Positions 39,901 through 48,538 of a stretch of 64,000 bases of DNA are shown piece by piece. The stretch's first letter is position 1; each line of letters begins with the position of its first letter. The notes below the pieces were generated by a model that worked only from the letters and a program-made list of their open reading frames with translations, made no database searches and had not been told where the DNA came from. The position numbers were made by a program, and so were the translations under genes. This DNA comes from a virus, in the IMG/VR virus record IMGVR_UViG_3300042691_053605, positions 32,001-96,000 of that record; one strand, 5' to 3'.

Positions 39901-42339
39901 AAGATTATTTAGCACCGTAACTGATGTAACGCTTCCTCCGGTAACCGCAGCAACTCTAAGTCGAATAGGATTTGAAAATACTCCACCATTTAATACGATA
40001 ATGTCATTTACCGCATAACCAGATCCTCCTACTGAATTTCCACTTAAAGTATACGTACCGGGAAACGCTGTAACGTACGCAGATCCTTGCCATATCTGTG
40101 AAGGACTTGCTGAGGTAGAAGATGAAAGTATTATGTTTGGTATACGATCAAATGCAGCGGATGAATTTATAGTAATTCCTGTGATGTTGTATGTAGAATA
40201 AAAGCTACCAATTGTGTTTTGCCCAGGAACCATTACCTTTGCTGACGCCGTAGAATCGTATTCCCGCGCATCAATAAGTTTTACTCGATCTTCATCAGCA
40301 GTAAAATCTACGTTTCGTGTAGCAATAAATTCAAAACCCTGTACTCGGTCATTCCAGGTATTAGCAGCATATCTTTCATAATATACGCCTTCTCCTACAA
40401 TATCTACAATTCTTGCGCTTAGAGGCAAAAAGTTATTTGACAAATACTGCTTAAGAGCAAAGAGCTTAATTAAAACTTCTTCATTGCTGTACTGAAACGC
40501 ATCAATTGTAAGAGGAACTCCGTTTTCATCAAGTACTCCGTTTTCTTTATTTAGATCATAAAAAAGACCAAATTTATTTGTCTTTTTGTAAACCTTGTTA
40601 GGCAGCATTCCAATACTTGAATACGGAACACCTCTTTCCTGTAGTTGAAACGGGATTTGTATCTGTTTGTATTTTCCATAGTAAACATCATCTTTGTTTA
40701 CATTTAGCCAATACTCTTTAATTCGCAAATCATAATAGCCAAACCAGTTAACAATGTTTACGATACCTTTATACGAACCCATGTAAGGCCATATTTCATC
40801 GCCTTGCAAAAGCATTTCCTTTCTCTTCTTATTCAATAAAGAATAGTCGGGAAGATCTTCATACACATTACTGTCACGCATAATTAATTCTTGCGTTTCA
40901 GTAACATCCCTTCCAAAATTTTGTAGCAGTCTTCCAAGCCTTGCGTCTTCTCCTTCTGCCTCGCCTATCATAAATACCTGTGCAAGCAAAATCGGATTGT
41001 ACGGAAAGGTTACATCCTGCAAAACAAAAAGTTTATTGTATACTCCTTCGGTTCCTGCAGAAAAACCAAAATGATATTGCATCATTTTCTCCTCCACATT
41101 CATTGCAGCAATACGATACTGCAATTCATTATCATTAACCGGAGAACCGCTTGAACCTAAAGTATAAAAATCTGCTATTTGATTGGTAAAGTTTACATCA
41201 TAATCTCCATCCACTGGTGGAATCATTAGTGATTCCGACTTTGTTATGTACGGATAATCTTCTCCATAAGTGACTGTAAAAAGAAAAATTTCAGGTTCAA
41301 CGCCAAGAACAGATCCTTTCCATTGCGGAACCGCTCTAAAATAAGTTTCCTCGGTGGCAAAAATTGTATTAGCAATAATACCAATATCAGAATTTGTTTG
41401 AAAAAATACCGATGTGTCTGACACCTGAGTTACATCAAATACGCCATTAATTGCAATAGGATTTGTGTCATTTGCAATACGTATTTTCATTCCTGCAACA
41501 AACCCGTGCTTTTTATACGCTTGAAGAGAAGCTATCGGTCCGTTTGCGGTAAATGTATGTGAAGTTCTTATTGTGGTTGAATTGATAATTTCTAAAATTG
41601 TAGTACCTGCTGGAACATTTGTTCCTTCAAGAACCATACCCACTTCTAGAGTAATTACAGGAGAAGTTACAGATACTGCATAAATTTTATCATCGCCCGC
41701 AGAGGAATTAGCAGTAAAAGAATACTTCATTACTGTAACTCTTCCTGAGTAAGAATCTGAATTGTTAGGAATTACATTGTTACGAGTACTGCTAAAAGAA
41801 CCTACCCAATTTTTTGGTCCTTCGTCTGCTCTAGGATACGAATACAGAGGAGCACCTGTGGATTCTCCTATTAGAGGAATCATTTTCTCGGTAATGAAAA
41901 TTGATTGGTTTTCGACCAATCCTGTAGATACTCTATCAAAATAAGTTTCGCCTTTCCAAGAAGTTGCAGGATATTGAAACCCGGAATTACCAGTTTTCCA
42001 ATCAGAAAACCCGGTGTAGGTTAAACCATCAAATCCGGTAATTGTACCCGTAGCCAAATCAATACTTAAATCTGCAGGATCACTATCCCATACATAACCA
42101 TTAATGTTTGTAAATCGCAAAAAGGTTTGGCCACTTGGATCATAATTAAAACCGCCGCTCTGTATTTCAAGTGCTGCAATATGGCCTTCTCTATTAGTAA
42201 AAACTTCAAAGCTTGCGCCATACCCATTTGTTGCTGCTGTTGCAGGTTCTACAACAGTAACTGTTACCGCTAAATCCGGTTGTAAATTTAGCTCGTTTCC
42301 TTTTTTGTCAAAGAAATTTAGTCTGGAAGTAAGTATCAT
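33946..42339 (-). CDS. Giant baseplate wedge protein (gp7-like core with GSGY repeats, propeller-like and PKD-like domains; 2797 aa)
   Basis: Wedge motif LGRLLQNFG...YMGSYKGIVNIVNWFGY; (S/Q)GSGY repeats; C-terminal PKD-like GLYDLELSITDSNGN; downstream of gp6. Confidence 0.7.
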   Translation of the reverse strand: MILTSRLNFFDKKGNELNLQPDLAVTVTVVEPATAATNGYGASFEVFTNREGHIAALEIQSGGFNYDPSGQTFLRFTNINGYVWDSDPADLSIDLATGTITGFDGLTYTGFSDWKTGNSGFQYPATSWKGETYFDRVSTGLVENQSIFITEKMIPLIGESTGAPLYSYPRADEGPKNWVGSFSSTRNNVIPNNSDSYSGRVTVMKYSFTANSSAGDDKIYAVSVTSPVITLEVGMVLEGTNVPAGTTILEIINSTTIRTSHTFTANGPIASLQAYKKHGFVAGMKIRIANDTNPIAINGVFDVTQVSDTSVFFQTNSDIGIIANTIFATEETYFRAVPQWKGSVLGVEPEIFLFTVTYGEDYPYITKSESLMIPPVDGDYDVNFTNQIADFYTLGSSGSPVNDNELQYRIAAMNVEEKMMQYHFGFSAGTEGVYNKLFVLQDVTFPYNPILLAQVFMIGEAEGEDARLGRLLQNFGRDVTETQELIMRDSNVYEDLPDYSLLNKKRKEMLLQGDEIWPYMGSYKGIVNIVNWFGYYDLRIKEYWLNVNKDDVYYGKYKQIQIPFQLQERGVPYSSIGMLPNKVYKKTNKFGLFYDLNKENGVLDENGVPLTIDAFQYSNEEVLIKLFALKQYLSNNFLPLSARIVDIVGEGVYYERYAANTWNDRVQGFEFIATRNVDFTADEDRVKLIDAREYDSTASAKVMVPGQNTIGSFYSTYNITGITINSSAAFDRIPNIILSSSTSASPSQIWQGSAYVTAFPGTYTLSGNSVGGSGYAVNDIIVLNGGVFSNPIRLRVAAVTGGSVTSVTVLNNLNQDSRYLQLPQAFSQLSSLTYTTLYGNAAYVSGSGTGFKLAYDDINYSLEGVKTTTIGKGYPVLSNYTLTAIDPVTSATPAITYDIAKTLVPGPKVGYFDGVPETGNTNESGAPVAAFVDLTALGFEVTWDEMAFSWNDLWSAEDGSLNVYIDDDPITSGAVLAVEIVSQGSGYSLTPSIEFVGGDGIGATAVTKLENGKLQIIEATATSISVLSPTTSRIFTTFNVAPQTQPYNVGSMVVGDGIPKPTVITNVDPVGAYIDVTSFTTNFSNPSPQTIYVHEGARLTAGGNGYLYSPGAKIYGGHTSVLYTWDEIGRGNFYEMEWKVDSEYGTPTFTYTSGRSSIDNHLNHRVALPYKGFYRVELIVYDTDNNWVNEIKRNYIEVYMPEAISSYATRFIGPSYKPGLPHKDGNAGSDSNILQLEQNCVDTWDEGIFMWDEFWGRWVNPIKTWTAWDDCDILWDSLYVSPLSRENNWNFPVNPLKEVYRVSAYDNKIGNVSSFNSATPSVIIALTDEQARPLPQAGEWIFFRRDGNTFQGEVVSSSITGTNITIVLDSGFTWPQNFEVSPTSWECLREIGNTVIIKDDLYTPDNGKTLTPGQYVRLQGNNDTPLNNSRTLKSQPPYKWGIPINSKIADPISGDDSGIELLNFANDSFVGREWVNGQIYKYRNLTGPNGNLLVTPWPTNSAVTTAVTLEKLESPTEFNWGNRAMFYINTSGSGTYVTTADPLTEIRPGFTEISLIVGEANEYYTELRSASLSNSTQEAKMVARDTPSNKELWVYGNGVTVDIVNTVTMTTTSFTVAGPGTIDGMVYVPGADCMYCWEFGSNRLTRINCASLAISLVVISNAQPASTGANPLMIRNVSYIGGTVNKIYVFYFDPAFTSGPGIAGLSVINPSTNLQTYERTYTGTATGPFYNATNYVNFFGTANLSASRLIIGNNVLPGYYAINLDPTTSNVSNVSSASFPLYGPGTLKDYAESTVNFWFLAANSSMQMRLSKRPNLAWSTATINTTLLNRPIPKKLAYNANTNSLYVSYENTGEIEVFPLSSTSSGQTPIAPVQYEPSTISPGMPITDLTYCGSNVYAAAVKSSTGERSVIEISNSTEFVPTSVVYEQHFRTINMYEVTSNQGHPWDIWSDSPSSVVAIEAATIDGKEMNELEGLLQDYLSNGYKTWIEYKYDVFPTRTFSSANSLSNLEITMDFNTHPIYPAFESSTQFPADTSTGEGWYYDHGISEGDFSLRVENVGQLGNTGWSILTLNDDDQELYRCDSTFEESATDFDEDYAETHLGTKTAWDEAVTLNWENSCSQTWTTLDWNYTLPASTRIAVDDDSNYAGQTIQFNEDIPYEIDLSGCPPDASVVTTYMSDLLNNNFYDPTGTIKRNENPGLSKFYYNVEERDGQHIYYGVFSWGNPANNIMFGDTSSLTGLLQGSSIQAEGIQPGWYVFNSSPTSILIGATSAAVGSRPWIPACVIHGNLESNSRVITNIVGYRDSLPLGGYIYDPNTSSVIGEFGPNIGQIVRENGFVKSITLDQVAGVTSNYMCLEVYPYRSSLVKIVRDSGLVNANYYVTVQGKTPGTDLLGYTNLGLPNIDMSFYQNYAFITQNKYSNGGNTLPLGNFFNWVKDWNSFYGGSLDSSLLQFAAPYRAPQVFLQESGQPYNPSFENYTNDEDYYGFYARNSWNSYNFETFRPKALVKVYNSAGVEVLFSPSADITITEYDDFCFITPLTTTVPAVSSGDYLKIYIADTDGDGESQSFECVLVDKTRGILGKTAVYFSADYSEDPALIYDYNKYELTNVVVQTSGGTLYEGMYLGNTSTTTFFENSRTAINSVNDNILYTNGPQIAGSGSSSTFYAYVPLSLPFKFQPTNSKIWSRTKQWQSMRLLYEDSINSAFTWEDSTIGVAEKKIPAGASVLFTSDASDIAGKTSYRWNLYHDGTKVCSVIDPSFLWTFMETGLYDLELSITDSNGNTQTKYNPNYLEVYLAN

Positions 42340-42617
42340 TAGGTACGCATTCTATGGTTTTTTGGCACTGTATAATTAAACGCCTTTTTAATGCTTCCAA
42401 CAGCATCAATAAGATAAACTAAAAGAGTCTGAAACCGTAAAAAAGTGTATTCTTTACGCGGATCAACTAACATATATTTTGAAATTATCTTTCCCATTAA
42501 ACGATTTTCATAGTCAAATCCTTGGTTTTTTAGCGAGTCCTGCTGATGTATCATCCAATTGTAATAGCTTGGACGATCTAAATGAGGACCGGATTTAGGA
42601 GTTTCTTCTATAATCAT
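42339..42617 (-). CDS. Hypothetical baseplate-associated protein
   Basis: 92 aa, overlapping both gp6-like and gp7-like genes. Confidence 0.6.
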   Translation of the reverse strand: MIIEETPKSGPHLDRPSYYNWMIHQQDSLKNQGFDYENRLMGKIISKYMLVDPRKEYTFLRFQTLLVYLIDAVGSIKKAFNYTVPKNHRMRT

Positions 42618-44314
42618 AAGTTCTTCTTAATGTTAGTTACCTCAGATCTATGAAATTCCATATTAAGATTTCTTGGAGTATCTTTTTTGGAAAATGTAAT
42701 GTTTAGAGTACTGTATTTGCCTGCTTCAATTCCCGGTGAAAAGTATGAGCCAAAACGATTTGCCCAGCCACCTCTAACAATTGCAATTTCACCTTTGCCT
42801 ATAATGATGTCACCAAAATCGTCAAGACCAATATCTGGCTTATTTGAATTGTCAGGGTTCTTTTTGAACTCTTCATTTTTTTCCGACACAAAATATACGT
42901 TTACCGAATCAACGCCTTCTACCGATTCAATTACGGAAATAAGATCCGATTTTGGTATACGATCTCTTCTTCTGCTAGCTAAAAAATAGTCAGAAGTTTT
43001 TGTTATGATTTGCTGCCTAATAACATCTTTATTAAAGCCTTCGTATGCCGTGATATTTGTAAACATTACGTATCTACTAAATATAGGATCAATAATTTTG
43101 TTAACTACAGTCATAAGTTTTTGACCGCTTTTTTCGATCAAATCATATATCTTTGTTTTTTCAATATTGCTGAGCTTAAACAAATCCAGAGGAATGGTGT
43201 AATAATCATCGGAAGATTTTTTTCGCTTGTTTACGTCAGGAATTAAGAAGAGATACACCACATTGTCATCAGTAATATCATCATCATTTAGTGTGGTAAA
43301 CGCATCTATAACTGAAAAGAAATTAAACTTTTGCAAAAAGTAAACATAATTATCAACATTTGCTAAAATGTAGGCTTTACTTGTTTTTGGCGCCAACAGC
43401 TTTGTTAAGAAAATAGGTTCTGCATCAGTTCCAAAATTAATTGGAACCTCCATTTGGATATTTAACGCTTTATTAAGATCTACTTCAGATCCTGCAATAT
43501 CAAACCCTTCATCTAAAAATTTGAAACTTGGAGAGTCGTCCACAATAATGTTTCCAGAGTTTCCGGAGGTAGTTAAGTATTCCACCCGTATTACGGCTCC
43601 TAACGGAGGATTTTTCCCAAAGTAGCCGTTTCCAAAGTAAACGTCGATTCCGGAGTCTATTCCGGTTTTGATGATAACGCCAGGTGTTTCGTACACCATA
43701 TCGTACAGGGACTCGTATTTTGGCCATTCCTCGTTATTTACATATACTTTTACAAAATTGTTGTCAATATTGAAATTCTTTTTTGGCAGTGTTGTAAATG
43801 ATTGCAAAGCCTCACCAGTTCCAGTATACGACTGCGCTTCAATAACGCCTTGTATTACTGATACCTCTATGGAGTTTTTGCCAGATAACTCAAGAGTAAC
43901 TACGTCCTGATCTAAAACTACTGTATAGGTTAAACCGTTTGTTTTACATTGCAACGAAGTATAATTAGGTATGATAACCGAATTACCGTACATATCAAGT
44001 TTTGCTCCACTGTAAGTTAACTTTAATGTACCAGACGCTCCAATAGGTCGGGTAGGATTGTGACCAGCAATACGTGCAAGTCCTCGGATAGAATTGGGAC
44101 GCTGCGCGGTATAAATGTTTAACTCATTTATGCTGTCTTCTATATAGTAAAAAAGAAGTCTTCCAAGATCTAGAATTACTTGTAAAAGCTGACCGTAAGG
44201 ACTTGCAGTGCTGAATACCTGATCTGCTTGTTCATACTTTGCCTGTAAAAAAGTTCTAGCGTCCTGATAGAGTTGCTCAAACGTTATTCTCGTAAGCTTA
44301 AAAATCTCTAACAT
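42614..44314 (-). CDS. Baseplate wedge subunit (T4 gp6-like)
   Basis: TAQRPNSIRGLARIAGHNP, VYFGNGYFGKNP and VEYLTTSGNSGN. Confidence 0.85.
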   Translation of the reverse strand: MLEIFKLTRITFEQLYQDARTFLQAKYEQADQVFSTASPYGQLLQVILDLGRLLFYYIEDSINELNIYTAQRPNSIRGLARIAGHNPTRPIGASGTLKLTYSGAKLDMYGNSVIIPNYTSLQCKTNGLTYTVVLDQDVVTLELSGKNSIEVSVIQGVIEAQSYTGTGEALQSFTTLPKKNFNIDNNFVKVYVNNEEWPKYESLYDMVYETPGVIIKTGIDSGIDVYFGNGYFGKNPPLGAVIRVEYLTTSGNSGNIIVDDSPSFKFLDEGFDIAGSEVDLNKALNIQMEVPINFGTDAEPIFLTKLLAPKTSKAYILANVDNYVYFLQKFNFFSVIDAFTTLNDDDITDDNVVYLFLIPDVNKRKKSSDDYYTIPLDLFKLSNIEKTKIYDLIEKSGQKLMTVVNKIIDPIFSRYVMFTNITAYEGFNKDVIRQQIITKTSDYFLASRRRDRIPKSDLISVIESVEGVDSVNVYFVSEKNEEFKKNPDNSNKPDIGLDDFGDIIIGKGEIAIVRGGWANRFGSYFSPGIEAGKYSTLNITFSKKDTPRNLNMEFHRSEVTNIKKNL

Positions 44315-44328
44315 TGATAGTGTTTATG

Positions 44329-44691
44329 TTATTTTGCAACCAGGCCAAAGGCCTTGGATCCATTAACATATATATCAATGTAGGCTAAATCCCTGACAGT
44401 TCCCGGGACAAAATTTACTTCAATCTTTAAGTCAAAATAACCCGCCTCTGTGACATAAGCGGCTACTTGTTCATCAAATTTTCTCTTTAACTCATTTGCG
44501 CTAAACCCAAATTCAAAAAGCAAGTCCTCTAAACTTAAACCAAAATTAGGATCACCTAAAATATCCCCTTTTCTGGTAAAGAGAATCATTTTAATTTTTT
44601 GCAAAAGAGTTTTAACCGAATCGCGCTCATCAATTTTATTCGGTTCATAACCAGGTTCAAGCTGGTTAATTATGTAGAGTTCTTTAAGCAT
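44329..44691 (-). CDS. Baseplate/sheath initiator (T4 gp25-like)
   Basis: ILFTRKGDILGDPNFGLSLEDLLFE. Confidence 0.85.
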   Translation of the reverse strand: MLKELYIINQLEPGYEPNKIDERDSVKTLLQKIKMILFTRKGDILGDPNFGLSLEDLLFEFGFSANELKRKFDEQVAAYVTEAGYFDLKIEVNFVPGTVRDLAYIDIYVNGSKAFGLVAK

Positions 44692-45422
44692 TAATGGAAT
44701 ATGTAGAACCAGTCTGGGCTGTTTTCGTCATCAATCTTTTGTTTGATTTCTTCTAGTTCCTCTTTACCTTCTTCTTTTATGGTATCAGCATTTACCTGTA
44801 CTCCTCCTGGAAGATTATATGTAAAAAAGCCTAAAATTCTACCCAAAGATATCTTTGCTTGCGCGGTTACCCAACGTTGAAAAAACCAGTCATCATAAAG
44901 TTTGTTTTCTTCAATCTTGGCATAGGTTTGCACAGAACAATTTCGTTTTGGATTTCTACCAATAATTTTTAGCCTTTTGGTATTGCGATTAAAGTCATAA
45001 GATACACGTTCAAGAATAAAGGCTTGCGTAAGATCCCAATATGAATACTGTGCTGCTCTGAGAACTAAATCATCAGAGGCAAATGGAGACAAAAACAATT
45101 CAGCGGCAAGCAGACGATTATCATAAAAGTCAGCATCTATGGTTCCTAAACGGCCAGCTCCTTGTATTTCACGGATTTCAAAAACAGAAACTACGCAATC
45201 TGGCATAAGAATTGAACGGGTTGCCTTAAATTCTGGAGTTTGAAACCAGTCCTTTGTTATTACATAATACTGTGTTTCTACCGCCGGCCCGTAATTAACA
45301 TAAAACCAATTTAGAGCCTGGTCTATAATACGGTTCATCTCACGCTCAGGCACAGAATACGGCAAAGAACAAGATCCTGTGATCTCGTTATTTACAATTT
45401 CTATTAGTTCGCCTCTAGTCAT
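44691..45422 (-). CDS. Neck protein (T4 gp13-like)
   Basis: IIDQALNWF, WFFQRWVTAQAK and LPGGVQVNADTIKEEGKEELEEI. Confidence 0.75.
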   Translation of the reverse strand: MTRGELIEIVNNEITGSCSLPYSVPEREMNRIIDQALNWFYVNYGPAVETQYYVITKDWFQTPEFKATRSILMPDCVVSVFEIREIQGAGRLGTIDADFYDNRLLAAELFLSPFASDDLVLRAAQYSYWDLTQAFILERVSYDFNRNTKRLKIIGRNPKRNCSVQTYAKIEENKLYDDWFFQRWVTAQAKISLGRILGFFTYNLPGGVQVNADTIKEEGKEELEEIKQKIDDENSPDWFYIFH

Positions 45423-45436
45423 TTATTAAACTTTTT

Positions 45437-45775
45437 TTATAGCTCGGGAATAAACCCAAGACTATTCATGCAATCCTGGTCAAAATAGTTTTTCTGACTT
45501 CTTGGATATTTATGACTCCACAAAACAGTTTCGTTTTCTACAATTTCAATATAAAAAAACCCTCCGCCTTCTCCTACAGTAATAACCCATTCCGATCCAG
45601 CGCGTTTGTCATTTCCAACATAAACCTCAGCAAAATCAAAACGATTATCAGTATTTTCTTCTGTGCGTTCTTCATCAAGTTCAAAAGTTATTCCATTAAG
45701 CCTAAGCTTTTTTTCAATATCAAATGGAAGAGACGCCTCATTTAAGAAGGACTCAAATGTTTTAACGTGTTTCAT
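45437..45775 (-). CDS. Hypothetical protein with capsid-targeting-like N-terminus
   Basis: MKHVKTFESFLNEA. Confidence 0.65.
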   Translation of the reverse strand: MKHVKTFESFLNEASLPFDIEKKLRLNGITFELDEERTEENTDNRFDFAEVYVGNDKRAGSEWVITVGEGGGFFYIEIVENETVLWSHKYPRSQKNYFDQDCMNSLGFIPEL

Positions 45776-45881
45776 TTTTCAAAGCTTTCAAAATTTCAAG
45801 ATTTGCCTGCATTTGCTTTCTTTTTTTAGATGCATTTGCACGATTTCTCCATTTAGGATGCGCCTTATGAGACTTAGCCAT
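45762..45881 (-). CDS. 39-aa highly basic peptide
   Basis: Manual translation MAKSHKAHPKWRNRANASKKRKQMQANLEILKALKNETR; its ATG overlaps the amidoligase stop (TAATG); not in the ORF track. Confidence 0.55.
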   Translation of the reverse strand: MAKSHKAHPKWRNRANASKKRKQMQANLEILKALKNETR

Positions 45882-47302
45882 TATTTCTTTTCTTTCTTTT
45901 TATCCTCCTTGTCGGATTCTTTAGCACCTTTTTCAGCATTTTTATAGCTTCCAGATGCTTCGGTTGGTTCAATTTGTTCAACAATAAGAGTTTCTTTTGA
46001 TACCTTTGCAAGCTTTCCAACTTCTCCGTTACGAATAACACCACGGTTAACTTCACAATTGATAATGTTTGTTTTGTTTTCAATAAAACAATCATTTAGA
46101 ACATTTCCTACGTGTAACGGGCATTCTGCAACTTTTGAAAAGTTAACGGTATTTCCTTTTGAAAATGTACAAAAGGTTAGTCGGCTATTTTTTATTTCGC
46201 AGTTGTAAAAAGTTCCTCTTTCAACTACACCTTCAATTTCACAGTTAACAAATTCCATGTCAATTAAACGGCAATTTCTAAGTTTGCTATCTTTTAACTG
46301 AAATGTACCAATTTCAGAATCATAATTAAATTCGCCTTTTTCCATTCCGCCGGTCATAATAACCTCAAAGAGTTTATCTCTTAAATTTGCCCAAACACTT
46401 TCAATGACTTCATTATCATCATTCATATCAAGTGTTACCTTAATCTTTGGGAACGCTTGTTTGAAATGGCAGTACTTTACAAACCCTTCAGCAATTTTAT
46501 TTTGCTTCTTTACCAGTTTTTCCAATTCACGTTTTTCACCGCTAGTATATTCTACAAAATTAAGAGTAGCGTGCATATGCTGAATAAAATACTCAATCAA
46601 ATCCAAAATTTTCTTGGTTTTCTTTTCATAGTCAGCGCCTCCCATATAACGGTATTCCAAATAGCCTTTTTCTAATTTGGTAAAGTTAACACCGTAATAC
46701 TTTTCGGCAGGGGTTGCAAATGTTTGTTTGCTGTAAACTGAGCTGTTAGGTGAAACAAAGAAATTTGCTTTATTGGCACGAATTTCACGAATACTTCTTG
46801 CATATACAGAGTCTTTTCTTTTTGGAAAAACACTGTATACACGGTCCTCGTCAAATGAAAGTATAAATTTTAGAACATTTGTATCTTTAATGTCAAATAA
46901 TGTAGGTAATTTAACCGGATCAATAGAAACATTGGCATGTATTGAGCATCTCTCGTTTGTATAACCATTGTTACTTATCCATTCAAACATTTTTATGATA
47001 ATGTTACGGGCTTCCGTATATTTCATAGGACCGGTTACCAACTCACACATGGTAAGTCCACCGGAATAATCTGGCTCCAATTTGAAAACGCTATCAGTTG
47101 GCTGGATTGGCGAATGATAAAGAGGCTTTGGCTTATTAATATCACCAAGCGCGTACGGTACAACTACGCGTTTTCCAATAAACTTGGAAATTGAACGTGC
47201 AGTTTCCTGTACATCTTTAAAGTTTGAATAGAATTCAAATTCAATTCCAACTTTACCGGCTTCCAGAACCTCTTCTGGGCGATAGCTTTTCTTAATCTTC
47301 AT
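45881..47302 (-). CDS. Putative amidoligase (COOH-NH2 ligase) with C-terminal beta-helix
   Basis: VGIEFEF, EPDYSGG..CELVTGP, CSIHANVS, KYYGVNF and LEYRY motifs; C-terminal NC(E/R)(I/L/V)-type short repeats. Confidence 0.75.
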   Translation of the reverse strand: MKIKKSYRPEEVLEAGKVGIEFEFYSNFKDVQETARSISKFIGKRVVVPYALGDINKPKPLYHSPIQPTDSVFKLEPDYSGGLTMCELVTGPMKYTEARNIIIKMFEWISNNGYTNERCSIHANVSIDPVKLPTLFDIKDTNVLKFILSFDEDRVYSVFPKRKDSVYARSIREIRANKANFFVSPNSSVYSKQTFATPAEKYYGVNFTKLEKGYLEYRYMGGADYEKKTKKILDLIEYFIQHMHATLNFVEYTSGEKRELEKLVKKQNKIAEGFVKYCHFKQAFPKIKVTLDMNDDNEVIESVWANLRDKLFEVIMTGGMEKGEFNYDSEIGTFQLKDSKLRNCRLIDMEFVNCEIEGVVERGTFYNCEIKNSRLTFCTFSKGNTVNFSKVAECPLHVGNVLNDCFIENKTNIINCEVNRGVIRNGEVGKLAKVSKETLIVEQIEPTEASGSYKNAEKGAKESDKEDKKKEKK

Positions 47303-48506
47303 TTGGGATGGTCAAGAAAATTTTATCGTTGTGTACTCTGTCTACAGTTACCATAACCTTCTCACCTACAACGTATTTTTTCTTTTTATTTTTTGTTTCT
47401 TTTTGTGAAATAAGTCCTACAATATCTTTTTGAAGTTTTACCAATGTACCGAACGGCTGAATTGATACAACTTCACCACCTGTAATTACTCCAAGATTCT
47501 TTTCTTTGAAATCCTCAATTTCTTTCATGCGAATACTGGGATCTTCATCGGTAAGTATAATCTTTTTGTCAGCAGTAATTTCTTTAATCCAGAAAGAGAT
47601 TTCTTCGCCGGCTTTGAATTTGCCTTCTTTGAATTCTTCACGCATTGCGGGTGTCATCTTACTTGTATGAATCAATCCTGTGAAGATTTCGCTAAATTCA
47701 ACAAAAATACCAAACTTAGCAGTTCCAGTAATAGTACCTACATATTTTTCAGTAGTACTAAGGCTTTCAATTTTTGAAGGTAAAATGTAGTTCAAATACT
47801 TTTTATGGCTAAATACAAAGGCACCTAAATCTTTTAGGTAATCTTCTACCATTACAGCAACTTCTTTGCCTAACATGGAATCAAAATCCCTAACTACGTT
47901 GGCAGCAGCAAGCGAACCTGGTAAGAACCCTTCTACGCCATTTACGTTTACAAGGAATCCACCTCCGTTTCTGCTAATTATTTTTGCATAATAAGCATTT
48001 GTAGGTTTTGCAATTTGTTCAAAGAATTCTCTGCGAATACCATCAGCATATCCTTTACTTAAGGAGGCAATAGTAAACGGCTTAATAGTTTCAATTGTAG
48101 CTTTTCTGTTAGCGTTTGCTACAAAAGCGTCGCGTGAACCTTCCTGTTGCATCCATTCGTAAAAAGAATGCTGGTCCATTTCGATATTTCTGAAAAATGG
48201 CTTTTCCTTTTCTAATTGAATAACCGCTTCCACCATTCCTGAGAGGGTAACTACCATCTCTTTTTCATTGATACTTACAACAGATACAATGGATCTGCAT
48301 TCACCAATTTGAGGTTCTTTTGCGTTTTGCGGTAAGGCTTTTTCGTACGCTAAAAACGCGTCCTCCGCGCCAGCGTCGTGTCTCCATACACTAGCACTGT
48401 ATTTTGCTAGTATATCTTTGTTTGGAACTCTCTTCATTCGAAGATCCTCAGCAACTGCCAGGTCCCAATCAAAGTCTACAATTTCTGTGTTATTTTTTAT
48501 TTGCAT
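47292..48506 (-). CDS. Ribosomal protein S1-like multi-S1-domain protein
   Basis: S1 repeats GGFLVNVNGVEGFLPGS, GTITGTAKFGIFVEF...GLIHTS and GEVVSIQPFGTLVKL...GLIS. Confidence 0.85.
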   Translation of the reverse strand: MQIKNNTEIVDFDWDLAVAEDLRMKRVPNKDILAKYSASVWRHDAGAEDAFLAYEKALPQNAKEPQIGECRSIVSVVSINEKEMVVTLSGMVEAVIQLEKEKPFFRNIEMDQHSFYEWMQQEGSRDAFVANANRKATIETIKPFTIASLSKGYADGIRREFFEQIAKPTNAYYAKIISRNGGGFLVNVNGVEGFLPGSLAAANVVRDFDSMLGKEVAVMVEDYLKDLGAFVFSHKKYLNYILPSKIESLSTTEKYVGTITGTAKFGIFVEFSEIFTGLIHTSKMTPAMREEFKEGKFKAGEEISFWIKEITADKKIILTDEDPSIRMKEIEDFKEKNLGVITGGEVVSIQPFGTLVKLQKDIVGLISQKETKNKKKKYVVGEKVMVTVDRVHNDKIFLTIPNED

Positions 48507-48525
48507 ATTGATTTGTGTTTCTAAG

Positions 48526-48534
48526 CTATATATC
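48526..48534 (-). promoter_or_regulatory. Class A late-promoter-like motif (GATATATAG)
   Basis: 19 nt upstream of the S1 start codon. Confidence 0.6.
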
Positions 48535-48538
48535 CATT

